DNA of 63,187 nucleotides, filler included, from Octopus bimaculoides (taxonomy: Eukaryota): the NCBI RefSeq assembly GCF_001194135.2. It is 7 parts of 7 records of this genome, joined end to end, with 100 filler letters (N's around TTAATTAATTAA, not from the genome) between each part and the next. Parts side by side here need not be neighbours in the genome. Positions count along the whole stretch, not along the records: positions 1 to 27,978 come from NC_068986.1; positions 28,079 to 31,196 come from NC_068985.1; positions 31,297 to 33,926 come from NW_026347485.1; positions 34,027 to 50,868 come from NC_069004.1; 3 more parts are not named here. One strand, given 5' to 3'. The position numbers and the translations under genes are program-made. The notes below the pieces were generated by a model. The model was not told the DNA's origin. It was given only the letters and a program-made list of their open reading frames with translations, and did no database searches. Shown piece by piece: positions 25,776-38,074 of the stretch (position 1 is its first letter; each line of letters starts with the position of its first letter).

Positions 25776-26125
25776 ATTAGAACCTTACACCAATCACACA
25801 TCTCATCAGTAGCACCCAGCTAGTTGTCTCTTAGAAAGTCCCAGTTGCCCATTGTCACACACACACACACATATTTTTATGCATACATACATATATGATT
25901 TTATACGTATATATTAGTAGACAAATATGTGTACCTGCTTTTTATGTAAGTACTTCAGGCTAGTCATTTGTCAAAATGCTAACTAATCCCCACCACACAC
26001 ACACATATAACTTCTAGTCTTTTATTTCAATTTTTGTTTTCTTTCGTCTTTATTTTCTGTCTGTCTTATCTTCTCACGCACTTAACTCATAAATTATCCA
26101 TTGAGAACAGATTGAAGTATTGTTT

Positions 26126-26165
<40 letters not shown>

Positions 26166-26815
26166 NNNNNNNNNNNNNNNNNNNNNNNNNNNNNNNNNNN
26201 NNNNNNNNNNNNNNNNNNNNNNNNNNNNNNNNNNNNNNNNNNNNNNNNNNNNNNNNNNNNNNNNNNNNNNNNNNNNNNNNNNNNNNNNNNNNNNNNNNNN
26301 NNNNNNNNNNNNNNNNNNNNNNNNNNNNNNNNNNNNNNNNNNNNNNNNNNNNNNNNNNNNNNNNNNNNNNNNNNNNNNNNNNNNNNNNNNNNNNNNNNNN
26401 NNNNNNNNNNNNNNNNNNNNNNNNNNNNNNNNNNNNNNNNNNNNNNNNNNNNNNNNNNNNNNNNNNNNNNNNNNNNNNNNNNNNNNNNNNNNNNNNNNNN
26501 NNNNNNNNNNNNNNNNNNNNNNNNNNNNNNNNNNNNNNNNNNNNNNNNNNNNNNNNNNNNNNNNNNNNNNNNNNNNNNNNNNNNNNNNNNNNNNNNNNNN
26601 NNNNNNNNNNNNNNNNNNNNNNNNNNNNNNNNNNNNNNNNNNNNNNNNNNNNNNNNNNNNNNNNNNNNNNNNNNNNNNNNNNNNNNNNNNNNNNNNNNNN
26701 NNNNNNNNNNNNNNNNNNNNNNNCCATGCTATAAGTTAATCGGTACCCTTTTTTTTTTTCATTGTTGTATCCCTTCTTTTTTTTAATGTTTTATTTTTCT
26801 TCATTTCTTTCTAAA

Positions 26816-27031
26816 ACCTTTTGACACCAATCTGCCTGAGACCGACCCTGATTCCACGATACAAACTTCTTGTTTAAAGTGACCTAAATTAAAACTTTCC
26901 AGTAGAATCTCATCTTAATTTATGTTCCAAACATCAGCTTAATAATGACAGTTATTTTACCAAATTCTTCATTATTATCACAATTAATTGAAAAGAAAAA
27001 AAGCTTTAACAGGAACATGATAGCAAAAGGG
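26816..27031. mobile_element. Second piggyBac-like MITE family, degenerate ends
   Basis: accttttgacacc ... gatagcaaaaggg|ataa are imperfect inverted ends about 215 bp apart. Confidence 0.4.
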
Positions 27032-27129
27032 ATAAGTTACCTTCATTTTAGTTCTCAGCTTCTCTTGATCAGTCAATGAATAAAATTTATCTCAGCTTCC
27101 CTTACACCCTTGCAGTTGCCTTTTGTCCT

Positions 27130-27960
27130 TTATATGTAATTATTTCACAGCCATGCAACAAGCTACTTCTGGCTGGCATTAAACAACTCTGCTCCTTTAG
27201 TTCAATTATCTTTCATTTTTTCTTAAAAATAATCTAATTCCTAAACACTTCTTTCTTCTACTGACTTTGCAACTGTGAGACTCACATTACCAACGTCACC
27301 TCCAGTGTTTAAAAGTTTATGTAAGGGGCTCATTCAACCCACTAGAAATGGCTTGTCTAGGTTGTATGTGAATGACACTTCATCTTCCTGCTGAAGAACG
27401 GTACCCTCCATTCAGATGTATGTATGTGTGTCTTTGTTAGAAGTAGCAGCATATAGGTCATTAGTTTACAGAAGCAAGAGCTTGGGAGAGTTAACTGAAT
27501 TCCAAGACTAAACAGGAATAATAGAATCATGAATGGAGAAAGGGCTTTTTCATCATGTGCCAGAAACAGCTGTTTTTTCAGAAAGTTAATACCAAGAAAG
27601 AGACTACTTCTGTGTGATGCAGGAGAACAAATGTTCAGCAAGTCTGGCTCTACAAAAAACCAAATTACAATCATGATTGAGAATGGAGAGTGACTTCAGG
27701 TGATAAAGGAGAAAGATAGCTTTTACAGATAGCTTTTATCTGAAGTCTAGCTCCAGTGCTTGATATCTCAAGCTGTACCTTTTGCTAGCATTGACTACAT
27801 CTACTTGTTTCCTGCATTGTGAGTTATCATCATCAAGCCACTGGATATTACTGTATAAATAACTGAGGTCAGACATGTTGAGAATGGCCGTTATTTCCAA
27901 GATGACTTTCACCTGAGTTGCTTCTCTTTTTATTGATACTGCTGCTGTGGGATGCCTCTT
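27130..27960 (-). mobile_element. Highly decayed LINE relic, possibly CR1/L2-like
   Basis: Only scattered motif resemblances (MEGTVLQQ, VAKSV, YKGQ) among many stops. The clade is not secure. Confidence 0.3.
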
Positions 27961-28022
27961 ATGAAATTATTCTTGTATNNNNNNNNNNNNNNNNNNNNNN
28001 NNNNNNNNNNNNNNNNNNNNNN

Positions 28023-28034
28023 TTAATTAATTAA
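28023..28034. other. Artificial scaffold spacer TTAATTAATTAA between N runs. Also at 31241-31252, 33971-33982, 50913-50924, 53634-53645 and 55139-55150
   Basis: An identical palindromic 12-mer embedded in Ns six times, placing a stop codon in all six frames. Confidence 0.95.
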
Positions 28035-28465
28035 NNNNNNNNNNNNNNNNNNNNNNNNNNNNNNNNNNNNNNNNNNNNTATATATATATATAAACAAACA
28101 AACATGCATACATACATACCCACAAACACACACACACATACACACACACACACACACACACATATATATGCGGCTTCTTTCTGTTTCCGTCAACCAGATA
28201 TTCTCACAAGGCTTGGGCGCCCCGAGGCTATAGTAGAAGACAAGCCTTAGAGACTAAAGTAGGTACCAAGTTGGTGGGAAGTAAGACTGCTCCTATATGC
28301 GATATATATATGTAGATAGTTACAACTGCTATATTCTATGTCAGCAAGCACATTCATAAATTGACTGCGGGGTCGTGATTCACTTGATGTTTGTCAACAT
28401 AATTGTAGCGATATATATAAATCCACTACTTGTACTAACAAGCGACATATTATATTGTATGAATC

Positions 28466-28675
28466 TACGATGAGTTGGTGAACGTTTCCTGGCTTTGGCT
28501 AAAATAAAATAGTGGAGAATCAGTTATATATGATTTTATGCAATATATTGCCTCTCAGATTCACACGTGTAATGTAGCATCTTCAGTCTTCCTGAGCTTT
28601 TGAAAAAAACTCGGTAGTTTGGGCCTCCAACAAGACCTTTCCCAATAGTCAGGATCTTTTCAGCGCCCGCTCGTG
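28466..28675. mobile_element. Uninterrupted, diverged copy of the same MITE (about 210 bp)
   Basis: Degenerate TIRs, and it shares ctctcagattcacac...aaaactcgg...cttttcagc with 13470-13600. Confidence 0.65.
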
Positions 28676-28925
28676 ATGTTCCCCAAAGCACGCTCTGGTC
28701 TCTTAAAAAAAAAAGAATATACCGAGCTATGAAGGTGATCGCTTGACGTCATTTGGTTTGCTATTAAAAGTGCCTTAAGTTGAAGAAGGACGCGTTAGAT
28801 ACATTATCACCAGGTACGAAACATCTCTGTCTAACAGAGATGTGTCATTGAAACGTAGTGAACATCGGATTGCCTATCTCAGTTCAAGGCCAAAAGATAC
28901 AACAACAACAACAACAACAACAACG

Positions 28926-28993
<68 letters not shown>

Positions 28994-29010
28994 CAGCAGT
29001 NNNNNNNNNN

Positions 29011-29050
<40 letters not shown>

Positions 29051-29778
29051 CAGCAGTATGGCCACCAGTCATCCATGTATGTCATGAATTCGACAGTTCA
29101 ACACAGTCTTCTTAATGTAGAAGCGTAATATCTGTAAACAACGCGTCTTTATTCAAATTGAAACGGTTATTTCATGACATGCATTCATGCTCATAAAGTA
29201 TGGGTATGTGCGTGTGTGATCACGAATGTGTTTGTAGTGACTTTATAAGCAAAAGTGCAAACACGTAAATGTATTTACGTATCTGCATGTCCATATTAAT
29301 ATGTGTTTATCTGGTATTGTTGTGTATATGCGTACGTATGGTTGTTATTTATAATGCATTCATATGCAGTTAACCTCTGAAACGAATACGCAGTTTCGCA
29401 CACCGCATATATACACATTGACTTTCAAGTACGTAAGTATACGCATTGCAGAACGAAGACAGAAGACATCAATCACATTGATGACAACAGCAAAGGAATG
29501 TCTCCCTGTTGTTAACTTGTAATGAGATATGATGCACTGAGAACAGTCTGGAACAGAATAGCAATATAGAAAACACCGACAAAGACTGATGGCTAAAATG
29601 AATATTAATGGGACTTAAGCTTAAAACAAACACTGAGTACAAAAAACAACCGGTTAGATATTGTTATTATGACCACAACAAAATATATTATTTTCTGACA
29701 ATCAGCTGAACTCTCATCATAAAAGTACAGATGAAAAAGGACATTTGTGTTCCACTTTCTCTGTCTCCCATTTTTTAA

Positions 29779-30190
29779 TCTTTTACTCTTTTACTCATTT
29801 ACTTCTTTCAGTTATTTGACTGCGGCCACGCTGGAGCACCGCCTTTAGTCAAGGAAATCGACCCCAGGACTTATTCTTTGTAAGCGTAGTACTTATTCTA
29901 TCGGTCTTTTTTGCCGAACCGCTAAGTTACATGGACGCAAACACACCAGCATCGGTTGTCAAGCGATGTTGGGAGGGGGCAAAAACAGACACACAAACAC
30001 ACACATATATTTATATACATATACATATATACAACGGGCTTCTTTCAGTTTCTGTCTACCAAATCCACTCACAAGGCATTGGTCGGCCTGAGGCTATAGA
30101 AAAAGACACTTGCCCAAGGTGCCACACCGTGGGACTGAACCCAGAGCCATGTGGTTGGTAAGCAAGCTACTTACCAAACAGCCACTCGTA
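29779..30190 (-). mobile_element. SINE family A, full length
   Basis: Reverse complement of the family consensus, CpG retained. A second partial copy follows at about 30225-30285. Confidence 0.88.
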
Positions 30191-30415
30191 TATTTTCAGC
30201 CATTTATGCGTGTGTATATATGCACATATATACGAGGGGCTTCTTTTAGTTTCTGTCATCCAAATCCACTCACGAGGCTTTATTTTACACCCGACATAGT
30301 GTTAAACATTTTCGATATGCAAATTAGGAACTCCTCCATAGAGTAACTGCTGCATTTATTGAGTATATTAACAATTTGGCGGATTGTTTCTCCGGAGACT
30401 GCCAAAATAATGTAG

Positions 30416-30462
30416 ACGTCTCTGATGAGAACTCAATAAGATTCGAAAATCGATTAAGGTAG
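30416..30462 (+). ncRNA. Minimal type I hammerhead ribozyme motif (Penelope or retrozyme type)
   Basis: CUGAUGA at 30422-30428; stem II GAA..UUC closed by G-C; GAAA at 30445-30448; palindromic stem III AAUCGAUU at 30448-30455; UUA cleavage triplet; 4-bp stem I (GUCU/AGGU). Confidence 0.6.
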
Positions 30463-30531
30463 TTCATCATCTTTTTCAGTTTGCGGAGAAATGGCTAAAA
30501 TTTGCCCTGTTTATACTTATACCACGTGTTT

Positions 30532-30570
<39 letters not shown>

Positions 30571-31035
30571 NNNNNNNNNNNNNNNNNNNNNNNNNNNNNN
30601 NNNNNNACAACCCTTGCAGGTGGGACCCAGTAAAAGTTTTTTCTTCAAGTTGAGCAGCCCATCCCGCTCAAAACGTACTGCTTAAGGATGGTAAATGAAA
30701 CACCCATGTTTTCAGATGTGAAATATTCAAACCTCAAATAAATGTTTCTCATCACATGGCTATGATGTTCCCCTACCACACCATCTCATTATCAATGATG
30801 CACACATCGTCAGCCACTAAGGGTTACAAGCTCACCTGTTTACACTGAAACAACAAACAAACCGAGCTGTGGTACTGAGCAGAATATTTGCCGGAGACCA
30901 TCTTTTTATACCAAGACAAAACAATGTACATGATAACATTTGTAATCATGAACAAAAGCCAAGAAAGCCACTGCCTGCTACTGCATCAGGACATTTACCA
31001 CCACCACCACCACCACAACCAACACCACCATCAAC

Positions 31036-31091
<56 letters not shown>

Positions 31092-31704
31092 TATTATTAT
31101 CATCATCACAGATAATTTTAATAACAATTATTAATATCCCAATAATTAACGTTAAGACAAAGTTAGAAATAAAGGAAGAAAATGTAAATACATATCNNNN
31201 NNNNNNNNNNNNNNNNNNNNNNNNNNNNNNNNNNNNNNNNTTAATTAATTAANNNNNNNNNNNNNNNNNNNNNNNNNNNNNNNNNNNNNNNNNNNNTAAA
31301 ACTGATTTCAAGTTTTGGCACAAGGCCATCAATTTCAAGGGAGTAAAGTCAATTAAATCGACCCCAGTGTTCAATTGATACTTATTTTATCGATGCCAAA
31401 AGAATTAAAGGCAAAACTGACTCCAGCAGCATTTGAACTCAGAACATAAAATCAAAAGAAATGCTGCTAAGAACTTTTCACACCTCAGTAACAATTCTGC
31501 CAGCTCAGCCATAATATTGCTATTTCAGTAACACTGGAATAATATAAGGAGGAAAGTTATAAACATTAAAATATNNNNNNNNNNNNNNNNNNNNNNNNNN
31601 NNNTTGTTTTTGAAGTGCTGAAATGTATTGTAGTACAAGTAGGAAGATATATTCTTTTCAACATGTAAATACTGACTGAACAGCATATATCAGATAAAAT
31701 CCTT

Positions 31705-31787
31705 ACAGAGCAGAAAAATCTGTCAGCAGCCAGCCATGAGAATCGAACTCACATCCCTTTAATTTCCAGTCAAGTGCTTTACCATTN
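31705..31787 (-). tRNA. tRNA-like fragment (tRNA pseudogene or SINE head; 5' end lies in a gap)
   Basis: AATGGTAAAGC (D arm/A box), CTTGA-CTGGAAA-TTAAA (imperfect anticodon arm), and a T arm GTGAG-TTCGATT-CTCAT followed by GGCTGGC. The acceptor stem cannot be checked. Confidence 0.45.
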
Positions 31788-32195
31788 NNNNNNNNNNNNN
31801 NNNNNNNNNNNNNNNNNNNNNNNNNNNNNNNNNNNNNNNNNNNNNNNNNNNNNNNNNNNNNNNNNNNNNNNNNNNNNNNNNNNNNNNNNNNNNNNNNNNN
31901 NNNNNNNNNNNNNNNNNNNNNTAGTACAAGTAGAAAGATATATTTTTCAACACGTAAATACTGATAGAACAACATATATAGGATAAAATACTTACAGAGA
32001 AGAAAAATCATCATCATCATCATGTTTTAAAATGAACATTCTTTCAAGGCATTATTGGCAGTATTTGTTTGTTACAACATTTTGTGAATTGGCTGTAACT
32101 CAAAGTTAGTGTTTATAGAAATATATTTTCTTCATGGTCATAATAGATTAATATTGACAGGAAAATACATACAAATGATTTATATTTGTACTTAC

Positions 32196-32509
32196 TGAAT
32201 AATGGTGTTGCATAAAATCTTATCTTATCATTGNNNNNNNNNNNNNNNNNNNNNNNNNNNNNNNNNNNNNNNNNNNNNNNNNNNNNNNNNNNNNNNNNNN
32301 NNNNNNNNNNNNNNNNNNNNNNNNNNNNNNNNNNNNNNNNNNNNNNNNNNNNNNNNNNNNNNNNNNNNNNNNNNNNNNNNNNNNNNNNNNNNNNNNNNNN
32401 NNNNNNNNNNNNNNNNNNNNNNNNNNNNNNNNNNNNNNNNNACATTCAAAAGTTACTGGTTGATTCTTCCTGGTAAATTTTCTACCGCCCTCAATTAGTC
32501 CAAGAGAAA
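32196..32509 (-). CDS. Candidate phase 1-1 exon of about 105 aa, Ig-like or other extracellular module, centre lost in an N gap
   Basis: Strong acceptor atattttcatttccttcag| followed by (V)SLGLIEGGRKFTRKNQPVTFEC. After the gap, NDKIRFYATPLF ends at donor |gtaagt. The two halves are in frame only if the gap length is off by 1-2 nt, and the gap could hide an intron. Confidence 0.4.
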
Positions 32510-34026
32510 CTGAAGGAAATGAAAATATAAAACACATATACATATCATTTAATAGCTACCTTGTTATTCCAAGGTGTAATTTTTCTTATGCAAGAACAAC
32601 AACTTGAAATAAATTAAAATTATGAGGATTAATTGAAAAATTTCTTTTAAAGTATAATTTAAAATTAGATGTGAATAGATGTACAGGGAATATTTCAGAG
32701 AGAATAGGAATCACACCCATGTATCATAGATGATGCCTAAGGCGTCGACTTTCTGTCAATGACTTAAATATTATAACGATATCATGTCAATCGGAAGCAC
32801 ACACCTAGTTTAGGATGTGAAATCAGACATTCAAATATGAAGAGATATTCGGTTCCTGAACTTCANNNNNNNNNNGTGAAATCAGACATTCAAATATGAA
32901 GAGATATTCGGTTCCTGAACTTCATATAAGTAACACGGATGATTACCATTTTGTTCTATTTTCTGTGAAATCTGTATTTGTATTTACATTTAGTTTTAAA
33001 ATCTAAAAGATTTTATTTAATATATTTAATTGGGCAAAAGTTGCATGAATACTAACAGTGGACAGAATAATGAAGAAGATAATGANNNNNNNNNNAAAGT
33101 TGCATGAATACTAACAGTGGACAGAATAATGAAGAAGATAATGAAAATATTGATTTCAAATTTTGGTACAAGGCCAGGAATTTCGGGGGATGGGGGATAA
33201 GTTGATCACATTGACCCCAGTGCTCAACTAGTACTCATTTTATTGACCTGAAAAAGATGAAAGGCAAATCTCAACCTCAGTGGAATCTGAACTGAGAATA
33301 TAAAGCCAGACAAAATGCCACTAAACATCTTGCCCAGTGTGCTAATGATTCTGCCNNNNNNNNNNCTAAACATCTTGCCCAGTGTGCTAATGATTCTGCC
33401 AGTTCACTGCCTTAAAGACAATGAGAATATTAAAAGGTAGGGAGCGGTATCAAAAAGTTCCCAGAGTAGTTATCTGTATATATATAAAAGGCAGGNNNNN
33501 NNNNNNNNNNNNNNNNNNNNNNNNNNNNNNNNNNNNNNNNNNNNNNNNNNNNNNNNNNNNNNNNNNNNNNNNNNNNNNNNNNNNNNNNNNNNNNNNNNNN
33601 NNNNNNNNNNNNNNNNNNNNNNNNNNNNNNNNNNNNNNNNNNNNNNNNNNNNNNNNNNNNNNNNNNNNNNNNNNNNNNNNNNNNNNNNNNNNNNNNNNNN
33701 NNNNNNNNNNNNNNNNNNNNNNNNNNNNNNNNNNNNNNNNNNNNNNNNNNNNNNNNNNNNNNNNNNNNNNNNNTTGTTTACAACAGGAGTTAAGTCCCCT
33801 TCTAGCGACGAGTAAGTTTTTAAGACTTTTATTAAGTGTTTTGTCGATATATGGGCAACACACACACACCCACACAAACATGTATGCATACAAAAAATAT
33901 GTATGCAATAGGTGCATGTATGTACGNNNNNNNNNNNNNNNNNNNNNNNNNNNNNNNNNNNNNNNNNNNNTTAATTAATTAANNNNNNNNNNNNNNNNNN
34001 NNNNNNNNNNNNNNNNNNNNNNNNNN

Positions 34027-34093
34027 GTCTCTTGAGGTCTCTGGGTGAGACTTGGATCCAACTTGTACAAATGCAAAACAAAAGTCAAACGTA
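34027..34093 (+). mobile_element. Second copy of the same 3' end, followed by (AAT)n(AAC)n
   Basis: gtctcttgaggtctctgggtgagacttggatccaacttgtacaaatgcaaaacaaaagtcaaac equals the reverse complement of 11375-11438. Confidence 0.65.
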
Positions 34094-34094
34094 A

Positions 34095-34206
<112 letters not shown>

Positions 34207-34465
34207 GCAACAACACTTACTGCAGTTCTGCATGCTTGGCAAATCATTGCTATGAAAGACGTCATGCACCACTTTTACAGCTCCTAACTGCCAAGTATCG
34301 GCATCGCACGTGCTGGTGTTTAGTATTTTGTGAGAAGACATTACCATCCAGGAGAGCTCCTTTTCAACGAGGATGCCTGCGGACAGGAGACAGAGACAGA
34401 TCTATAATATGTATGTGTGCGTGTGTATATATATGTGTGTGTGTGTGTGCGTGCGGTGTGGTGAT

Positions 34466-35240
34466 TAGACTGTCGTCTAAATTACGTAAAAGTGAAAATA
34501 ACATTGTCATCTCATTTTAACAGATATATTTACCGAAATTACATAAAGATATTTCGAAATGTTAAAGAGTAAATTTATTCAATAAAATCGCCATTGGCTT
34601 CAACCTCGGCCTCCAGACGACTTCGGAATTTTCTTCAGCTCTTCTGGACGGTCTGCTTGTTTAAGGTACAGAATGCTGCCATAATTCCTGCCTTCAGTTC
34701 ATCTTTGGTGTTACAAGGAGTTTTGTTGGTCTCTCGCTTAACACTGCCCCACACATAATAATCAAGGAGGTTGCATTCTGGGGAGTTAGGTCGACAGATA
34801 TTAGGAGTGATGTCACAGAAATTGTCTGACAGCCATGACTGGGTTCTCATGCTTGTGTGGCATGGTGCAGAGTCCTGTTGCCAGACATAGGGGTCTTCCA
34901 GCAGCCACCTTCTTTTTTGCAAGCCGACAATACTTACTTCAGGTATTTGATGTAGGCCTCCGTGTTGCGTCTCAGGTAGTGTGGGATGATGAATGAAGAC
35001 ATAACGTCGTATTTACTAGTGATTACTCCAAACACCAGGATGTGTTGACAGGATGTTTGGGTTTTATCACTCTCGGTACATATCCACAAATTGCACTGTC
35101 TTCAGATTAATACGGAAACACTCTGGAATTTTCGTATTGGAGCTTCCGGCGTAAATGCCAAGCAATACAACATATCGTTTCCAAATTTCTGGCAGAATGG
35201 ATTGCATCGTGGTGCTGTTTTTCTCACAGACGGTGCCTAA
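34466..35240 (-). mobile_element. Tc1/mariner maT (DD37D)-type transposon, internally deleted and defective
   Basis: PYVWQQDSAPCHTS...PNSPECNLLDYYVWG catalytic region, stop at 34575-34577, and an ATG at 35207 (MQSILPEIWKRYVVLLGI) joined almost directly to the DDD domain. It shares a 3' end with the copy at 48585-49135. Confidence 0.88.
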
Positions 35241-35481
35241 CTGAACCTACTACACCGTGTAGTTGAAAAAATAAAAAAACAAACAATGCACATATGCGAA
35301 ATTAAAACGCATGTATGCATATATATATATATANNNNNNNNNNNNNNNNNNNNNNNNNNNNNNNNNNNNNNNNNNNNNNNNNNNNNNNNNNNNNNNNNNN
35401 NNNNNNNNNNNNNNNNNNNNNNNNNNNNNNNNNNNNNNNNNNNNNNNNNNNNNNNNNNNNNNNNNNNNNNAAGGATACACA

Positions 35482-35557
<76 letters not shown>

Positions 35558-35624
35558 ATTAATATAAATAGCAGGTTGCAATACTTCACCAAAAAGGAGA
35601 ATTGTAATTGTCAGTAAATTTGTC

Positions 35625-36480
35625 TAGGGTGTTAAGAAACACCTACATTGCTAAAAATACGAGCTAAAATGCTCTAATGCTGTTATTAACACACATGAGT
35701 GAAAACATACAAAAACAGGGACCTGAATCGTCCGAATATGCCGATCGTGAATTTTGGCAACTTCTGTTGCCATTATCTGTTAAACCCGCTCGATCTCGCT
35801 GATTCTTCCTATTACAACGAGGCCCGAGTAACTATCAGCTTCAAAGACTGCGTCATCTATATGCCTGAACCTCACTCTCACAAGAAAACTAGCCGCCGTA
35901 AAGTCCTCTAATTTGCCCCGCCCTTCTCACTCAACGTCGAAACCTGCACGGGGAGGGCTCTCCTTAGATTTGTGGGTAAGCATTTTACACAGTCCCATAA
36001 GTATATGTATCTATTCAAAATGCATAACTTAAATTAATAGTGAACACCGAAAAACTCCGCACCGCAGAGATAGGATGCTCATATAGGTTTAGTAGTAAGG
36101 TGCCTAGAGAACGGTCGATACAACACTGAGGCCGAAAACTAGAGATAGTGTTCTGCAACGACAGCAGCAACAGGAATATCGGAGGGCCACAAGGTCCCAT
36201 TATAGAATCCAAGAAAGGCGCAACGTTACAGCATTAGCCAGCTACATATGGTGATTAAAAGAAGGGACGCCGTACAAAATCAACTGGAAACTGTTGGAGC
36301 AACCTGGACCATATTTGAATGAAAATTAAACTTTTCAAGTTTTGCTTGCCACAGAGGAGAATAGTTCTATAAAACTCACACGATCCGGGTGCCTTCTTGA
36401 ACTCAAAAAGCAAAATATTTACTCGCTGCTTTGAGACAGGAAATTTTTTTTGGCGACGTCGTCATTTTCTATTTCAAAAT
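35625..36480 (+). mobile_element. Degenerate Penelope-like retroelement (RT thumb, linker and C-terminal half of the GIY-YIG endonuclease)
   Basis: YYNEARVTISFKDCVIY..RRKVL*FAPPFSLNVETCTGRALLRFVGKHF resembles the PLE linker consensus IWFNPPFSxNVKTNIGxxFLxLIDKHF. TALASYIW*LKE.GTPYKINWKLLE and LNSKSKIFTRC resemble the PLE GIY-YIG C-terminus. Contains stops and frameshifts. Confidence 0.8.
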
Positions 36481-36764
36481 AGACATCTGGAAACATGTAA
36501 GCAGGAACAATTCACTTCAGCCATTGTTGACATTGTATCATGTGGGGCAGCTCTTTTTTTGCTTCCGGAAAAAGGTATAAACTTTTCATCACCTTTTCGT
36601 TCCTCTTTAAATCGCCACCAAGCGAAACAGAATTGTATATTCACCTCAAACTTAAAAGAGGCTGTGCGCTGCCCGCCAGCAATGCATGAAGATTCGTCAA
36701 CAGTCAGTTCAAACCCGGCAGAAGAGTTCTTACCGGTTAGATGTCATAACCAAGAATATATATA

Positions 36765-37277
<513 letters not shown>

Positions 37278-37305
37278 ATATATATTTACTTTGACAGATA
37301 GATAA

Positions 37306-37358
<53 letters not shown>

Positions 37359-37375
37359 AGCAACGTTATACGTAC

Positions 37376-37471
37376 CTATAGTATGTACCTTATTCGGTGA
37401 ATTTAATCCATAGGTGATCACAGATGACAAAGCCAGCAGACCCAATAACCTCAGCAGATGAACCAGCAGCA
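37376..37471 (-). CDS. Candidate exon encoding a signal-peptide h/c region
   Basis: Acceptor ttctttggttgttttacatttag|, donor TAG|GTACGT, 96 nt, phase 1-1. Only one frame is open: (V)LLVHLLRLLGLLALSSVITYGLNSPNKVHTI. Confidence 0.4.
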
Positions 37472-37528
37472 CTAAATGTAAAACAACCAAAGAATATGAA
37501 AAGATTTGAATGACAATGATTATAATGC

Positions 37529-37559
<31 letters not shown>

Positions 37560-38074
37560 GATGATATCGTTATTAACTCTAGGTTAATTTTCATTGAGCA
37601 AATTCAAAAACAAAATATTCAAACCGTGACCACTCGGTAATTTTCTTATACAAGGATATCTAAGACTACAGAGACCAATATACCCTTTCTGATTTGAGAT
37701 TGTAGTTTGTGTGATTTGAAATAATTTGACTGTTATTTTTAGCAGGTCCAGCGGTGACCACGTCATCGGGTCTCTCGGTGACTCTCATTTCTTGTTTAGG
37801 ATATTGCTTAAAAGGTGACCTACTGGCAGAATCGTTAGCACACCGGACAAAATGCTTACCAGCATTCCGTCCATCTTTACGTTCTGAGGTCTACTTTGCC
37901 CTTCATCCTTTCGAGATTGATGAAATAAGTACCTAGGGTCAATATAATCGATTAGTCCCTTCCCCAAATTTCAAGCATTGTGCCTGTAGCAGAAAGGATT
38001 ATCGATATTACGCCTACGTAAACCTTGATTAGTATGACTATAATCGAAGGTATTCCAGCCATGACCATCATCTC

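Noticed and set aside
28775-28850. GAAA followed by a 9-bp hairpin (acatctctg/cagagatgt) as a hammerhead stem III
   Set aside because: No CUGANGA with a pairable stem II upstream, and the triplet would be NUG.
29372-29600. Several possible exons on both strands (plus LTSETNTQFRTPHIYTLTFK; hydrophobic minus-strand frames)
   Set aside because: Mutually exclusive readings, weak acceptors or donors and no recognisable motif. Cannot be supported without transcripts.
30869-31252. Poly-His, poly-Pro and poly-Ser ORFs (also 35-415, 22672-23136 and 28842-29115)
   Set aside because: Translations of (CAC/CAT/ACT)n microsatellites without splice support.
32817-33400. Three exact direct repeats of 35-50 bp (32817/32876, 33037/33096, 33321/33366)
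   Set aside because: Each pair is separated by exactly 10 Ns. These are unmerged contig overlaps, not biological repeats or CRISPR-like units.
33468-33495. Helitron-like 5' end (tctgtatatatataaaaggcag) and a possible CTAG 3' end at about 51425
   Set aside because: Too short, cut by a gap, no clear 3' hairpin, and the two ends cannot be linked.
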